Positions 1-6,218 of a DNA stretch of 42,905 bases are shown here, in pieces. Both the position numbers and the translations under genes were made by a program. Location: IMG/VR virus record IMGVR_UViG_3300044837_000070, positions 1-42,905 of that record; one strand, 5' to 3'. The stretch is from a virus. The notes under the pieces were generated by a model, which was not told where the DNA came from, made no database searches, and worked only from the letters and a program-made list of their open reading frames with translations. Within the stretch, counting starts at the first letter, position 1. The number at the start of each line of letters is the position of its first letter.

Positions 1-300
1 ACAGCATCGCCTACAGCACCGCCTACAGCACCGCCTACAGCATCGCGTACAGCACCGCCTACAGCACCGCGTACAGCATCGTCTACAGCACCGCCTATAG
101 CACCGCGTACAGCACCGCCTACAGCACCGCGTACAGCATCGTCTACAGCACCGTCTACAGCACCGTCTACAGCATCGTCTACAGCATCGCCTACAGCACC
201 GCCTACAGCACCGCCTATAGCACCGCCTATAGCACCGCCTACAGCATCGTCTACAGCACCGCCTACAGCACCGCGTATAGCACCGTCTACAGCATCGTCT
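1..300 (-). repeat. 12-nt tandem repeat array, 25 complete units (plus-strand consensus AYAGCAYCGYST), coding on the minus strand
   Basis: Read directly: 25 head-to-tail 12-mers fill 1-300 exactly. Only unit positions 2, 7, 10 and 11 vary. Same unit, strand and phase as the array at 42540-42905. Confidence 0.97.
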
Positions 301-548
301 TTTTTATTCAGATCGTTGATTAACTTGCTTGCAACTGGTGCAGCAAACGCCGCGACGATCGGTGACTGAACCCGAACGATCACTTTGGGTTGTGCCAGAC
401 CTGCCTTTTCGTAGGCTATCTTTACGGCTTTCTCGAATGTTTCCCAATCGGCCTCTCCAGTCTTTAAGCCAATGGCGATCCACTTATCTCGCCACTCCGC
501 AAACCTAGCTTCCTGCTCAGGGGTTAGTTTGTCTATTCTCTTTGCCAT
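1..548 (-). CDS. Tetrapeptide-repeat protein, 5' part (ATG at 548; ORF runs off the left edge and continues in frame at 42905)
   Basis: Hand translation from ATG 548-546: MAKRIDKLTPEQEARFAEWRDKWIAIGLKTGEADWETFEKAVKIAYEKAGLAQPKVIVRVQSPIVAAFAAPVASKLINDLNKK, then (G/D/R)(G/D)A(V/I) x25 with no stop down to position 1. Absent from the ORF track because it is open at the edge. The start lies 1 nt after the upstream stop (TAAcATG). Confidence 0.85.
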   Translation of the reverse strand, partial: MAKRIDKLTPEQEARFAEWRDKWIAIGLKTGEADWETFEKAVKIAYEKAGLAQPKVIVRVQSPIVAAFAAPVASKLINDLNKKDDAVDGAIRGAVGGAVDDAVGGAIGGAIGGAVGGAVGDAVDDAVDGAVDGAVDDAVRGAVGGAVRGAIGGAVDDAVRGAVGGAVRDAVGGAVGGAVGDA

Positions 549-549
549 G

Positions 550-870
550 TTAGTCCTTAACAGATTCGATTAATCGAGTAAATGGATTATATTCCGTGTC
601 GTGGAAACGTTTGTAGATTCCTTTACTAATCTTTAAATCTTTGTGGCGATCAACCTGTTTCTTGTGTACTAAACTCGTAGGGTTAGTAATGACGAAAAAC
701 ACCTCATCACCGTCGACGATTAGATCAAACCCTTTTGCTGATTCAAGAACGTGATTGTGCCCCGTCTCTGAGTGTCCAACAATATAGCTCTTTAGTGTCT
801 CTCGTTTACCTCCGGGTGCTGTCTCTACAGGGACAAGCATACATTCGCCGTGCCTAATTGGTTTGTTCAT
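550..870 (-). CDS. Conserved small phage protein, function unknown
   Basis: 106-aa track ORF, tightly packed (TAATG overlap at 870). The pattern RHGECMLVPV...GHSETGHNH resembles a recurrent small phage protein family whose name I cannot give. Confidence 0.75.
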   Translation of the reverse strand: MNKPIRHGECMLVPVETAPGGKRETLKSYIVGHSETGHNHVLESAKGFDLIVDGDEVFFVITNPTSLVHKKQVDRHKDLKISKGIYKRFHDTEYNPFTRLIESVKD

Positions 871-1097
871 TATTTATCCTCCTGTGACTTATACTTTTTT
901 ATTAGTGAATTAAGCTGAGCAACAAGTAGATCATCCAAAATACGCCTCTTGGGGGGGGTAGGAATTTTAACTCCTGCTTTTCTCATAGCATTTACCCTAT
1001 AAGATAGGCTTTGAAGGCTTATATTTAGCTCTTTGGCAGCAGCTTTACGGTCTGTTGAGTGTAGTACTGTTACTAATGTTTCTCTGTAATCTATCAT
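870..1097 (-). CDS. Small helix-turn-helix DNA-binding protein
   Basis: 75-aa ORF. AAAKELNISLQSLSYRVNAMRKAG looks like a classic HTH. RBS AAGGAAATATT precedes the ATG. Confidence 0.65.
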   Translation of the reverse strand: MIDYRETLVTVLHSTDRKAAAKELNISLQSLSYRVNAMRKAGVKIPTPPKRRILDDLLVAQLNSLIKKYKSQEDK

Positions 1098-1235
1098 AAT
1101 ATTTCCTTATTTAGTTTGATTATACTCTTCTAATTTTGCTTGTTCAGAAAGGGATAAAGATGTAATGTCCATGACGTAGGGGATTCTCGATCAATCTCTC
1201 AATGCCTTCACCTCTTTCGATTTTGACTGTGATTT

Positions 1236-1880
1236 TCACCCTTGGGCCTCCAGCTTATCTTTTAGTTCATTATAGTGTTGGTTGGTCTTAACTAGTTTCA
1301 ATCGGTTATTGATGGCTGCAGGAGTATATGATGAGTTCTCTAACATCTCTCTCAGTTCTAGAATTTGGTCTGGGGTAACTGGGGAGTCGAATGGTTCTTC
1401 AAACTTGCCTTTTGGTTTCTCGTCCATGAAGCTATCTACCACTGGGGGGCTTTTCTTGTACTCAGGGGTCTTTATCGAGTTATCTCGGCTATCTGCGTCC
1501 TTAGTGTTGTCAATTAAGAACAAACCACCAGCCGCGTACTTACGAGCGTATGAAGAACACGAACCCGTTAGTTGAGCGTCGTCCATCTTCGCTTTCGGGC
1601 TTATAGCCTCACGAGCGTAAGCACACTTGCGAATCTCGTCAACCCCATCTGATAAGATGGCCCAGGCTTTTACGTAAACCCTTCCTTCGATACCAATAAT
1701 CTCGTCCTCAAAGGTTAAGGTTAAATTATGTTCAAATAAGAATGGTTTAACTTTATCTTCAATATCCTCTAGGTTTCGGTATACGAACCCTCCAAAGTCA
1801 TTAGTAATATCTTTCGGCACTTTGAGTCTGTGTTGTATATTCACGAGACGATCGTGCAACGTCATTGGTTCTTCGTTCAT
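1236..1880 (-). CDS. erf: ERF-family single-strand annealing recombinase
   Basis: 214 aa. N-terminal LHDRLVNIQ..L.VPKDITNDFGGFVYRNLEDIEDKVKPFL and central DDAQLTGSCSSYARKYAAGGLFLID match ERF hallmarks from memory. First gene behind a strong promoter. Confidence 0.8.
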   Translation of the reverse strand: MNEEPMTLHDRLVNIQHRLKVPKDITNDFGGFVYRNLEDIEDKVKPFLFEHNLTLTFEDEIIGIEGRVYVKAWAILSDGVDEIRKCAYAREAISPKAKMDDAQLTGSCSSYARKYAAGGLFLIDNTKDADSRDNSIKTPEYKKSPPVVDSFMDEKPKGKFEEPFDSPVTPDQILELREMLENSSYTPAAINNRLKLVKTNQHYNELKDKLEAQG

Positions 1881-1908
1881 GTAATCCCTTCGTTTGATTT
1901 ATACCCTC

Positions 1909-1937
1909 AGTGTATCACATTCGCTTACTGAATGCAA
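1909..1937 (-). promoter_or_regulatory. Sigma70-like early promoter (TTGCAT-17 nt-TACACT) driving erf
   Basis: Minus strand reads TTGCAT TCAGTAAGCGAATGTGA TACACT, then AAACGAAGGG (RBS) and ATG at 1880. Same architecture as the promoters at 38363-38391 and 39578-39606. Confidence 0.7.
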
Positions 1938-2201
1938 ACATTGTATTACTTGACTTTATATAGTAAAGTATAAGTAGAACCCTCTCGGTGGATTCTTTGT
2001 AGGCGATGCCCACCCTTGCCTATATCCGAACCCTTCGGCCGAGGGGGATTTCTATTTGGCTTATGTTATGTTAGTATTCAAGTATCATCGGCCTACAAGC
2101 TGAGGTGTCCTTTCCACAGACGACACAAATAATCTTCGGATACCTACTTTTTTTGCTAGATACCTCGCTTCGTGTCGTCTAAAGCGGGGCAAAATAAACA
2201 T

Positions 2202-2238
2202 AAATAACCGCTCTCAATGGGGCGGTTATTTTGTTATT
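2202..2238. terminator. Intrinsic-terminator-like hairpin, T-rich on both sides
   Basis: AATAACCGC (2203-2211) pairs with GCGGTTATT (2222-2230) around a 10-nt loop. It is followed by TTGTTATT on the plus strand and by TATGTTTATTTT on the minus strand. Confidence 0.5.
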
Positions 2239-2359
2239 CCATTAAATAGATCAGATGGCAAATGATGTGGAATGCACAATACTACTAAGGATAGGCGAAA
2301 AATAATCTATTACTCTCTTCACTTTCCTGCCTTTGGTATGGTAATATTAACTTAACCGA

Positions 2360-2454
2360 AACGTCTTCACTTTGCAACGCGGAGACCGAGTAGGGGGTAT
2401 TTAACAGGGATAAAAGAAACCCGAGGTTTCCCTCGGGCAACGTCTTCACTTTGC
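2360..2454. repeat. Two perfect 16-nt direct repeats AACGTCTTCACTTTGC (2360-2375, 2439-2454) flanking a hairpin
   Basis: Read directly; spacing 79 nt. The core TCTTCACTTT also occurs at 2316-2325, where it contains the orphan GTG start. Confidence 0.9.
2411..2438 (-). terminator. Intrinsic terminator on the minus strand (CCCGAGG-GAAA-CCTCGGG then TTTCTTTTA)
   Basis: Perfect 7-bp GC-rich stem 2420-2426/2431-2437 with a 4-nt loop, followed by a U-rich tract on the minus strand. Confidence 0.65.
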
Positions 2455-2461
2455 TGTCTTA

Positions 2462-2490
2462 ATGATATCAAATGATCCTGATGAATGCAA
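2462..2490 (-). promoter_or_regulatory. Sigma70-like promoter TTGCAT-17 nt-TATCAT
   Basis: Minus strand reads TTGCAT TCATCAGGATCATTTGA TATCAT. The predicted start near 2455 coincides with the first 16-nt repeat, and the terminator follows about 20 nt later. Confidence 0.55.
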
Positions 2491-2580
2491 GCATTATTCC
2501 TAAGACCACAGCTGAGTTTTAGGCGTTAAACGAATACATAACTAGTTCGGGTTTATTCCCTATTGAAAGGATTATTAGAT

Positions 2581-2880
2581 ATGGCCACAAGTACAGCAGA
2601 CATCCTAGGAGATCATAGGATCAAAGGAAGTTTAAATATCCTAAATCCTAAGAATCCTATGAATAAATCAAGTAGTCAGGTGGATAACATGGTGGAATAC
2701 CTGGTGCAGAAATTCGGCTCGGCCGAAACTCACCTACCCTTTTATAGGAAAGCATCCTGGATGCTACCAGACGACACGATTAGGAGGCTTGTAGCGGCCG
2801 CATCGGAAAAGAAAGCGAATAACCCACGTGGGTACTTTGTGGCCTGTGTGAAACACGAGAAAGCGTATTATGGCAACTAA
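2581..2880 (+). CDS. Hypothetical protein A (99 aa); C-terminal half resembles DnaD/replisome-organizer-type DNA-binding tails
   Basis: The track ORF starts at TTG 2563. ATG 2581 has AAAGGA 9 nt upstream and is preferred. The similarity (AAASEKKANNPRGYFVACVKHE) is a weak recollection only. Confidence 0.7.
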   Translation: MATSTADILGDHRIKGSLNILNPKNPMNKSSSQVDNMVEYLVQKFGSAETHLPFYRKASWMLPDDTIRRLVAAASEKKANNPRGYFVACVKHEKAYYGN

Positions 2881-2899
2881 GCTGACAGGAGGATAAGTA

Positions 2900-3196
2900 A
2901 TGAAGATAGTGGAGATAGATGAAAACGTCAACAATAGGCTGGACGTTATAAAGCAACATGGCCTCGATAACTACGGCACCCCTATAATTACCTACGCGTT
3001 TGCAAACGGGAAGATATCTGTCGTAGCACAGGGGAATCAGCTCAACCCGAAACAGGGTTACTCTTTCGTTAAGATATACAACAAATTTGACGCTAGCCGT
3101 AACGGTGCCTGGAACTTCAGCCTTGAATACATGGACATAATGGCAGAGATTGTCGAGGATATTAGGAAGACAAATAGTTCACTGCAGATCGACTGA
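2900..3196 (+). CDS. Hypothetical protein B (98 aa)
   Basis: Strong RBS (GGAGGATAAGTA before ATG), 19 nt after gene A, followed by a terminator. Confidence 0.8.
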   Translation: MKIVEIDENVNNRLDVIKQHGLDNYGTPIITYAFANGKISVVAQGNQLNPKQGYSFVKIYNKFDASRNGAWNFSLEYMDIMAEIVEDIRKTNSSLQID

Positions 3197-3213
3197 CCTA
3201 CGCTATATGTAGC

Positions 3214-3242
3214 AAAAAAGAGGCTTTTTCGGCCTCTTTTTG
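3214..3242. terminator. Bidirectional intrinsic terminator between convergent genes
   Basis: AAAAAGAGGC-TTTTTCG-GCCTCTTTTT: a GC core stem extended by A/T runs on both sides. It lies between the stop of B (3196) and the stop of C (3314). Confidence 0.8.
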
Positions 3243-3313
3243 TATTGGAATGGTAGTCCGCCTCTGTTAATTAACGTCGCACAACATTTATTTTACGATC
3301 CATCACTACACTA

Positions 3314-3592
3314 CTATAGAACCCAGTCAACGAAGCCATTTATAAGGAGTTTTATGGTGTCAAAATGAGTCAGCATGACGACTATTAATATTAATACCAG
3401 TAAGGGCCACGCGAGACCGACGACAGCTCCACCAATCAGGGCGGGGAGCCATCCGAAGAGCAGCCCGAATAGTAACCCCCATTGAGTGATCGCGTAGAGC
3501 CAAACACAGAGGAACCCTATGGCTCCAACAATTGCAGCACCAATAAGATACTCGGTTAGGCCACTCTTAGTGTCTTTACCTTTCACTGACAA
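3314..3592 (-). CDS. Integral membrane protein C (92 aa, about 3 TM segments)
   Basis: Hydrophobic stretches LIGAAIVGAIGFLCVWLYAI, WGLLFGLLFGWLPALIGGAVVGL and LLVLILIVVML. Its start overlaps the end of D by 10 nt. Confidence 0.8.
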   Translation of the reverse strand: MSVKGKDTKSGLTEYLIGAAIVGAIGFLCVWLYAITQWGLLFGLLFGWLPALIGGAVVGLAWPLLVLILIVVMLTHFDTIKLLINGFVDWVL

Positions 3593-3792
3593 TTATCCCC
3601 GATGTACCGGCTCTCGTAATCTTTCTGTTTAATACCTCTGACCGAAGTGTCCGGATACTGGTCGATCGGGTAGGCATCGACGCTCGCATTGAGTGCAGCT
3701 GTTCTGCAGGAGTTGTCTTGAGTAGCCTGGTAGCTTATGAACACAATGAGGGCGAGCAAAAGGATACCAGCAACCGTCCAGACTTTACTCAT
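3583..3792 (-). CDS. Small N-terminally anchored membrane/exported protein D (69 aa)
   Basis: N-terminal TM (VWTVAGILLLALIVFISY) then a polar domain with two Cys. Overlaps E by 8 nt. Confidence 0.75.
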   Translation of the reverse strand: MSKVWTVAGILLLALIVFISYQATQDNSCRTAALNASVDAYPIDQYPDTSVRGIKQKDYESRYIGDNCQ

Positions 3793-4270
3793 AATGACTA
3801 GTATCTACCCCCACATATTTGCCCAGGTTTATCCATGTCCTAACCTTATCTTCACCCCTGGTGAGCATAGCATTGAAGCAATAAGAAATGTTCTGGCCGT
3901 TCCTAGTGCAGACATCATCCAAATATTTGAATGCCGTGACTCGTTCGGTATCTGTGAAGTATTGCGGTACCATCTGCATCATAGCCCTAATAGATGTTGC
4001 ATACGGGTCGGTGTCCCAACCATACTGTATGATCAGATCTTCGTTTGTTGGTGTTGTTGGTTCTTCTGCCTTCTGAACAGGCGCAGGGGCTGTTTTAGAG
4101 GCTTCTGGAGCCGGTTCGGCTACTTGTGCCACTCTGGATTCGATAGGTGCCTGTGGGGCTTCTGGTGAGGTCACGATGTTCTCCTTCGGTTGGTTCAAAG
4201 CGAAGAGTGTCGTGGTGGCTGCACCAGCGACGATGACTGATATGGATGCGATGATTATTACTCTCTTCAC
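3785..4270 (-). CDS. N-terminally anchored protein E (161 aa) with a Pro/Ala-rich linker and a Cys-containing C-terminal domain
   Basis: GTG start at 4270 behind AGGCAGGAAA. TM segment IIIASISVIVAGAATTTLFAL, then PEAPQAPIES...APAPVQKAEEPTTP. This copy lacks the native promoter seen at 6251-6279. Confidence 0.75.
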   Translation of the reverse strand: MKRVIIIASISVIVAGAATTTLFALNQPKENIVTSPEAPQAPIESRVAQVAEPAPEASKTAPAPVQKAEEPTTPTNEDLIIQYGWDTDPYATSIRAMMQMVPQYFTDTERVTAFKYLDDVCTRNGQNISYCFNAMLTRGEDKVRTWINLGKYVGVDTSHYE

Positions 4271-4307
4271 TTTCCTGCCTTTGGTATGGTAATATTAACT
4301 TAACCGA

Positions 4308-4402
4308 AACGTCTTCACTTTGCAACGCGGAGACCGAGTAGGGGGTATTTAACAGGGATAAAAGAAACCCGAGGTTTCCCTCGGGCAACGTCTTCACTTT
4401 GC
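4308..4402. repeat. Copy 2 of the 16-nt direct-repeat pair (4308-4323, 4387-4402)
   Basis: Identical to 2360-2454 at offset 1,948. Confidence 0.9.
4359..4386 (-). terminator. Copy 2 of the minus-strand intrinsic terminator
   Basis: Identical to 2411-2438. Here it lies between the TTGCAT promoter and gene E copy 1. Confidence 0.65.
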
Positions 4403-4409
4403 TGTCTTA

Positions 4410-4438
4410 ATGATATCAAATGATCCTGATGAATGCAA
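4410..4438 (-). promoter_or_regulatory. Copy 2 of promoter TTGCAT-17-TATCAT
   Basis: Identical to 2462-2490. It is the only recognisable promoter upstream of the E-D-C copy at 4270-3314. Confidence 0.55.
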
Positions 4439-4528
4439 GCATTATTCCTAAGACCACAGCTGAGTTTTAGGCGTTAAACGAATACATAACTAGTTCGGGT
4501 TTATTCCCTATTGAAAGGATTATTAGAT

Positions 4529-4828
4529 ATGGCCACAAGTACAGCAGACATCCTAGGAGATCATAGGATCAAAGGAAGTTTAAATATCCTAAATCCTAAG
4601 AATCCTATGAATAAATCAAGTAGTCAGGTGGATAACATGGTGGAATACCTGGTGCAGAAATTCGGCTCGGCCGAAACTCACCTACCCTTTTATAGGAAAG
4701 CATCCTGGATGCTACCAGACGACACGATTAGGAGGCTTGTAGCGGCCGCATCGGAAAAGAAAGCGAATAACCCACGTGGGTACTTTGTGGCCTGTGTGAA
4801 ACACGAGAAAGCGTATTATGGCAACTAA
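4529..4828 (+). CDS. Hypothetical protein A, duplicate copy
   Basis: Translation identical to 2581-2880. Confidence 0.7.
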   Translation: MATSTADILGDHRIKGSLNILNPKNPMNKSSSQVDNMVEYLVQKFGSAETHLPFYRKASWMLPDDTIRRLVAAASEKKANNPRGYFVACVKHEKAYYGN

Positions 4829-4847
4829 GCTGACAGGAGGATAAGTA

Positions 4848-5144
4848 ATGAAGATAGTGGAGATAGATGAAAACGTCAACAATAGGCTGGACGTTATAAA
4901 GCAACATGGCCTCGATAACTACGGCACCCCTATAATTACCTACGCGTTTGCAAACGGGAAGATATCTGTCGTAGCACAGGGGAATCAGCTCAACCCGAAA
5001 CAGGGTTACTCTTTCGTTAAGATATACAACAAATTTGACGCTAGCCGTAACGGTGCCTGGAACTTCAGCCTTGAATACATGGACATAATGGCAGAGATTG
5101 TCGAGGATATTAGGAAGACAAATAGTTCACTGCAGATCGACTGA
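4848..5144 (+). CDS. Hypothetical protein B, duplicate copy
   Basis: Translation identical to 2900-3196. Confidence 0.8.
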   Translation: MKIVEIDENVNNRLDVIKQHGLDNYGTPIITYAFANGKISVVAQGNQLNPKQGYSFVKIYNKFDASRNGAWNFSLEYMDIMAEIVEDIRKTNSSLQID

Positions 5145-5161
5145 CCTACGCTATATGTAGC

Positions 5162-5190
5162 AAAAAAGAGGCTTTTTCGGCCTCTTTTTG
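5162..5190. terminator. Bidirectional terminator, duplicate copy
   Basis: Identical to 3214-3242. Confidence 0.8.
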
Positions 5191-5261
5191 TATTGGAATG
5201 GTAGTCCGCCTCTGTTAATTAACGTCGCACAACATTTATTTTACGATCCATCACTACACTA

Positions 5262-5540
5262 CTATAGAACCCAGTCAACGAAGCCATTTATAAGGAGTTT
5301 TATGGTGTCAAAATGAGTCAGCATGACGACTATTAATATTAATACCAGTAAGGGCCACGCGAGACCGACGACAGCTCCACCAATCAGGGCGGGGAGCCAT
5401 CCGAAGAGCAGCCCGAATAGTAACCCCCATTGAGTGATCGCGTAGAGCCAAACACAGAGGAACCCTATGGCTCCAACAATTGCAGCACCAATAAGATACT
5501 CGGTTAGGCCACTCTTAGTGTCTTTACCTTTCACTGACAA
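5262..5540 (-). CDS. Membrane protein C, duplicate copy
   Basis: Translation identical to 3314-3592. Confidence 0.8.
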   Translation of the reverse strand: MSVKGKDTKSGLTEYLIGAAIVGAIGFLCVWLYAITQWGLLFGLLFGWLPALIGGAVVGLAWPLLVLILIVVMLTHFDTIKLLINGFVDWVL

Positions 5541-5740
5541 TTATCCCCGATGTACCGGCTCTCGTAATCTTTCTGTTTAATACCTCTGACCGAAGTGTCC
5601 GGATACTGGTCGATCGGGTAGGCATCGACGCTCGCATTGAGTGCAGCTGTTCTGCAGGAGTTGTCTTGAGTAGCCTGGTAGCTTATGAACACAATGAGGG
5701 CGAGCAAAAGGATACCAGCAACCGTCCAGACTTTACTCAT
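5531..5740 (-). CDS. Membrane/exported protein D, duplicate copy
   Basis: Translation identical to 3583-3792. Confidence 0.75.
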   Translation of the reverse strand: MSKVWTVAGILLLALIVFISYQATQDNSCRTAALNASVDAYPIDQYPDTSVRGIKQKDYESRYIGDNCQ

Positions 5741-6218
5741 AATGACTAGTATCTACCCCCACATATTTGCCCAGGTTTATCCATGTCCTAACCTTATCTT
5801 CACCCCTGGTGAGCATAGCATTGAAGCAATAAGAAATGTTCTGGCCGTTCCTAGTGCAGACATCATCCAAATATTTGAATGCCGTGACTCGTTCGGTATC
5901 TGTGAAGTATTGCGGTACCATCTGCATCATAGCCCTAATAGATGTTGCATACGGGTCGGTGTCCCAACCATACTGTATGATCAGATCTTCGTTTGTTGGT
6001 GTTGTTGGTTCTTCTGCCTTCTGAACAGGCGCAGGGGCTGTTTTAGAGGCTTCTGGAGCCGGTTCGGCTACTTGTGCCACTCTGGATTCGATAGGTGCCT
6101 GTGGGGCTTCTGGTGAGGTCACGATGTTCTCCTTCGGTTGGTTCAAAGCGAAGAGTGTCGTGGTGGCTGCACCAGCGACGATGACTGATATGGATGCGAT
6201 GATTATTACTCTCTTCAC
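5733..6218 (-). CDS. Anchored protein E, duplicate copy (GTG start at 6218)
   Basis: Same GTG and RBS as copy 1. The track extension to ATG 6260 would begin upstream of the -10 box at 6251-6256, so the shorter form is preferred. Confidence 0.75.
   Translation of the reverse strand: MKRVIIIASISVIVAGAATTTLFALNQPKENIVTSPEAPQAPIESRVAQVAEPAPEASKTAPAPVQKAEEPTTPTNEDLIIQYGWDTDPYATSIRAMMQMVPQYFTDTERVTAFKYLDDVCTRNGQNISYCFNAMLTRGEDKVRTWINLGKYVGVDTSHYE

Noticed and set aside
1-300. The 12-nt arrays at both window ends as a CRISPR array or as direct terminal repeats of the genome
   Set aside because: There are no spacers; the units are strictly head-to-tail and lie in frame within a long ORF. The two ends belong to the same repeat family but are not identical in unit order, so they are not a DTR. 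An in-frame junction of a single gene explains them better.
1098-1235. Two tiny overlapping ORFs between erf and the HTH gene (GTG 1239 to 1144, 31 aa; ATG 1172 to 1107, 21 aa)
   Set aside because: They are mutually exclusive frames, both very short and without clear SD sequences, so I cannot decide between them from sequence alone.
1980-2240. tRNA or tmRNA in the ORF-free structured interval
   Set aside because: There is no GTTCRANNC T-loop with a 7-bp acceptor stem in the right geometry. The helices are too long and too widely spaced for a cloverleaf.
3737-4168. 143-aa and 62-aa plus-strand ORFs (and their duplicates at 5685-6116 and 5836-6024) antisense to gene E
   Set aside because: These are shadow ORFs on the strand opposite a well-supported gene. 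The product is Cys/Trp/Phe/Arg-rich, typical of antisense frames, and there is no SD sequence.
4095-4397. 100-aa minus-strand ORF spanning the cassette regulatory region into gene E
   Set aside because: It starts at the GTG inside the 16-nt repeat with no SD sequence. It runs through the terminator hairpin and overlaps gene E out of frame. The composition is not protein-like.
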